64,000 nucleotides of DNA from Ascidiella aspersa (Eukaryota). The stretch covers positions 16,306,001 through 16,370,000 of the forward strand of contig OZ004608.1 in the NCBI GenBank assembly GCA_963924565.1, read 5' to 3'. Both the position numbers and the translations under genes were made by a program. The notes under the pieces are model-generated. The model did not search any database and was not told where the DNA came from. It worked only from the letters and a program-made list of their open reading frames with translations. Below, piece by piece: positions 63,532 through 64,000 of the stretch (position 1 is the stretch's first letter; each line of letters opens with the position of its first letter).

Positions 63532-64000
63532 CTAAGGACCAATCAATGTAGCACAACCCAGTTAAGAAACACTCGGGCTAAGCTAGAAATGCATTAATGC
63601 TAACCAGCTCCCTAGAAGTTACCCAGTTACCAACTTCAGAATAAAAATGAATTTCCTAACATAAACATTTTTAAATTTTTTTAACTTTGTGTACTATTTT
63701 AGTTTTGAGAGGTAAGAGGACGTTTGGTCTCGAAAGACACTGATTTCGAAAAACAACGTTTGTGTGGTTTCCATGGTACTGTTTGTGCTTAAAAGTAAAT
63801 AGATGTCACGGTTGGCAAAGCTTTTCATGTACTCTTCAGATCGGTGTTTTGTCACGTTTCCCATCAATCAATGTTGGCAAACCAGCGATCAGTAACAAAA
63901 ATAATTACTGTCAGTAAACACTTTAGTTTAAAGTTGGTGGATGCAGTTCTATTCTTGTGATAAGTTAAAATTGAAAATATGAGTAACTAAATTTAATTTT

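Noticed and set aside
63697-63864. Short minus-strand open frame (MGNVTKH...) as the next upstream exon
   Set aside because: No convincing phase-0 donor or acceptor; AT-rich intron-like context.

Overview
Eukaryotic, AT-rich, intron-containing genomic DNA, most likely an invertebrate chordate (tunicate-like; inferred from gene content and compact GT-AG introns, not proven). Four protein-coding genes can be spliced by hand with consistent intron phases: (1) the 3' part of a meprin-like astacin protease (astacin-MAM-MATH-TM, + strand, 720-7639); (2) a 2-exon FLVCR/SLC49-type MFS transporter (+, 8394-10328); (3) a complete 9-exon retinoic-acid hydroxylase CYP26 (-, 26649-17434, about 674 aa); (4) the 3' exons of an unidentified Ser/Thr/Lys-rich protein (-, 63531-57737). 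Transposon relics (Penelope RT, hAT and TA-TSD MITEs, a Helentron-like element) crowd 0.4-16.4 kb and 49.4-52.4 kb. The main result is the 31-kb gene-free region upstream of CYP26. It carries at least 14 DR5 retinoic-acid response elements with at most one mismatch (about 2 expected by chance), including two diverged copies, 7 kb apart, of one compound enhancer module (DR5/E-box - DR5 - CAGTAATTGGAC). Also notable are a ~125-aa luminal N-terminal extension of CYP26, an FLVCR homologue whose choline pocket appears charge-reversed, and an EGF-less meprin without dimerisation cysteines. All motif counts are from manual reading, and comparisons to human proteins are from memory.
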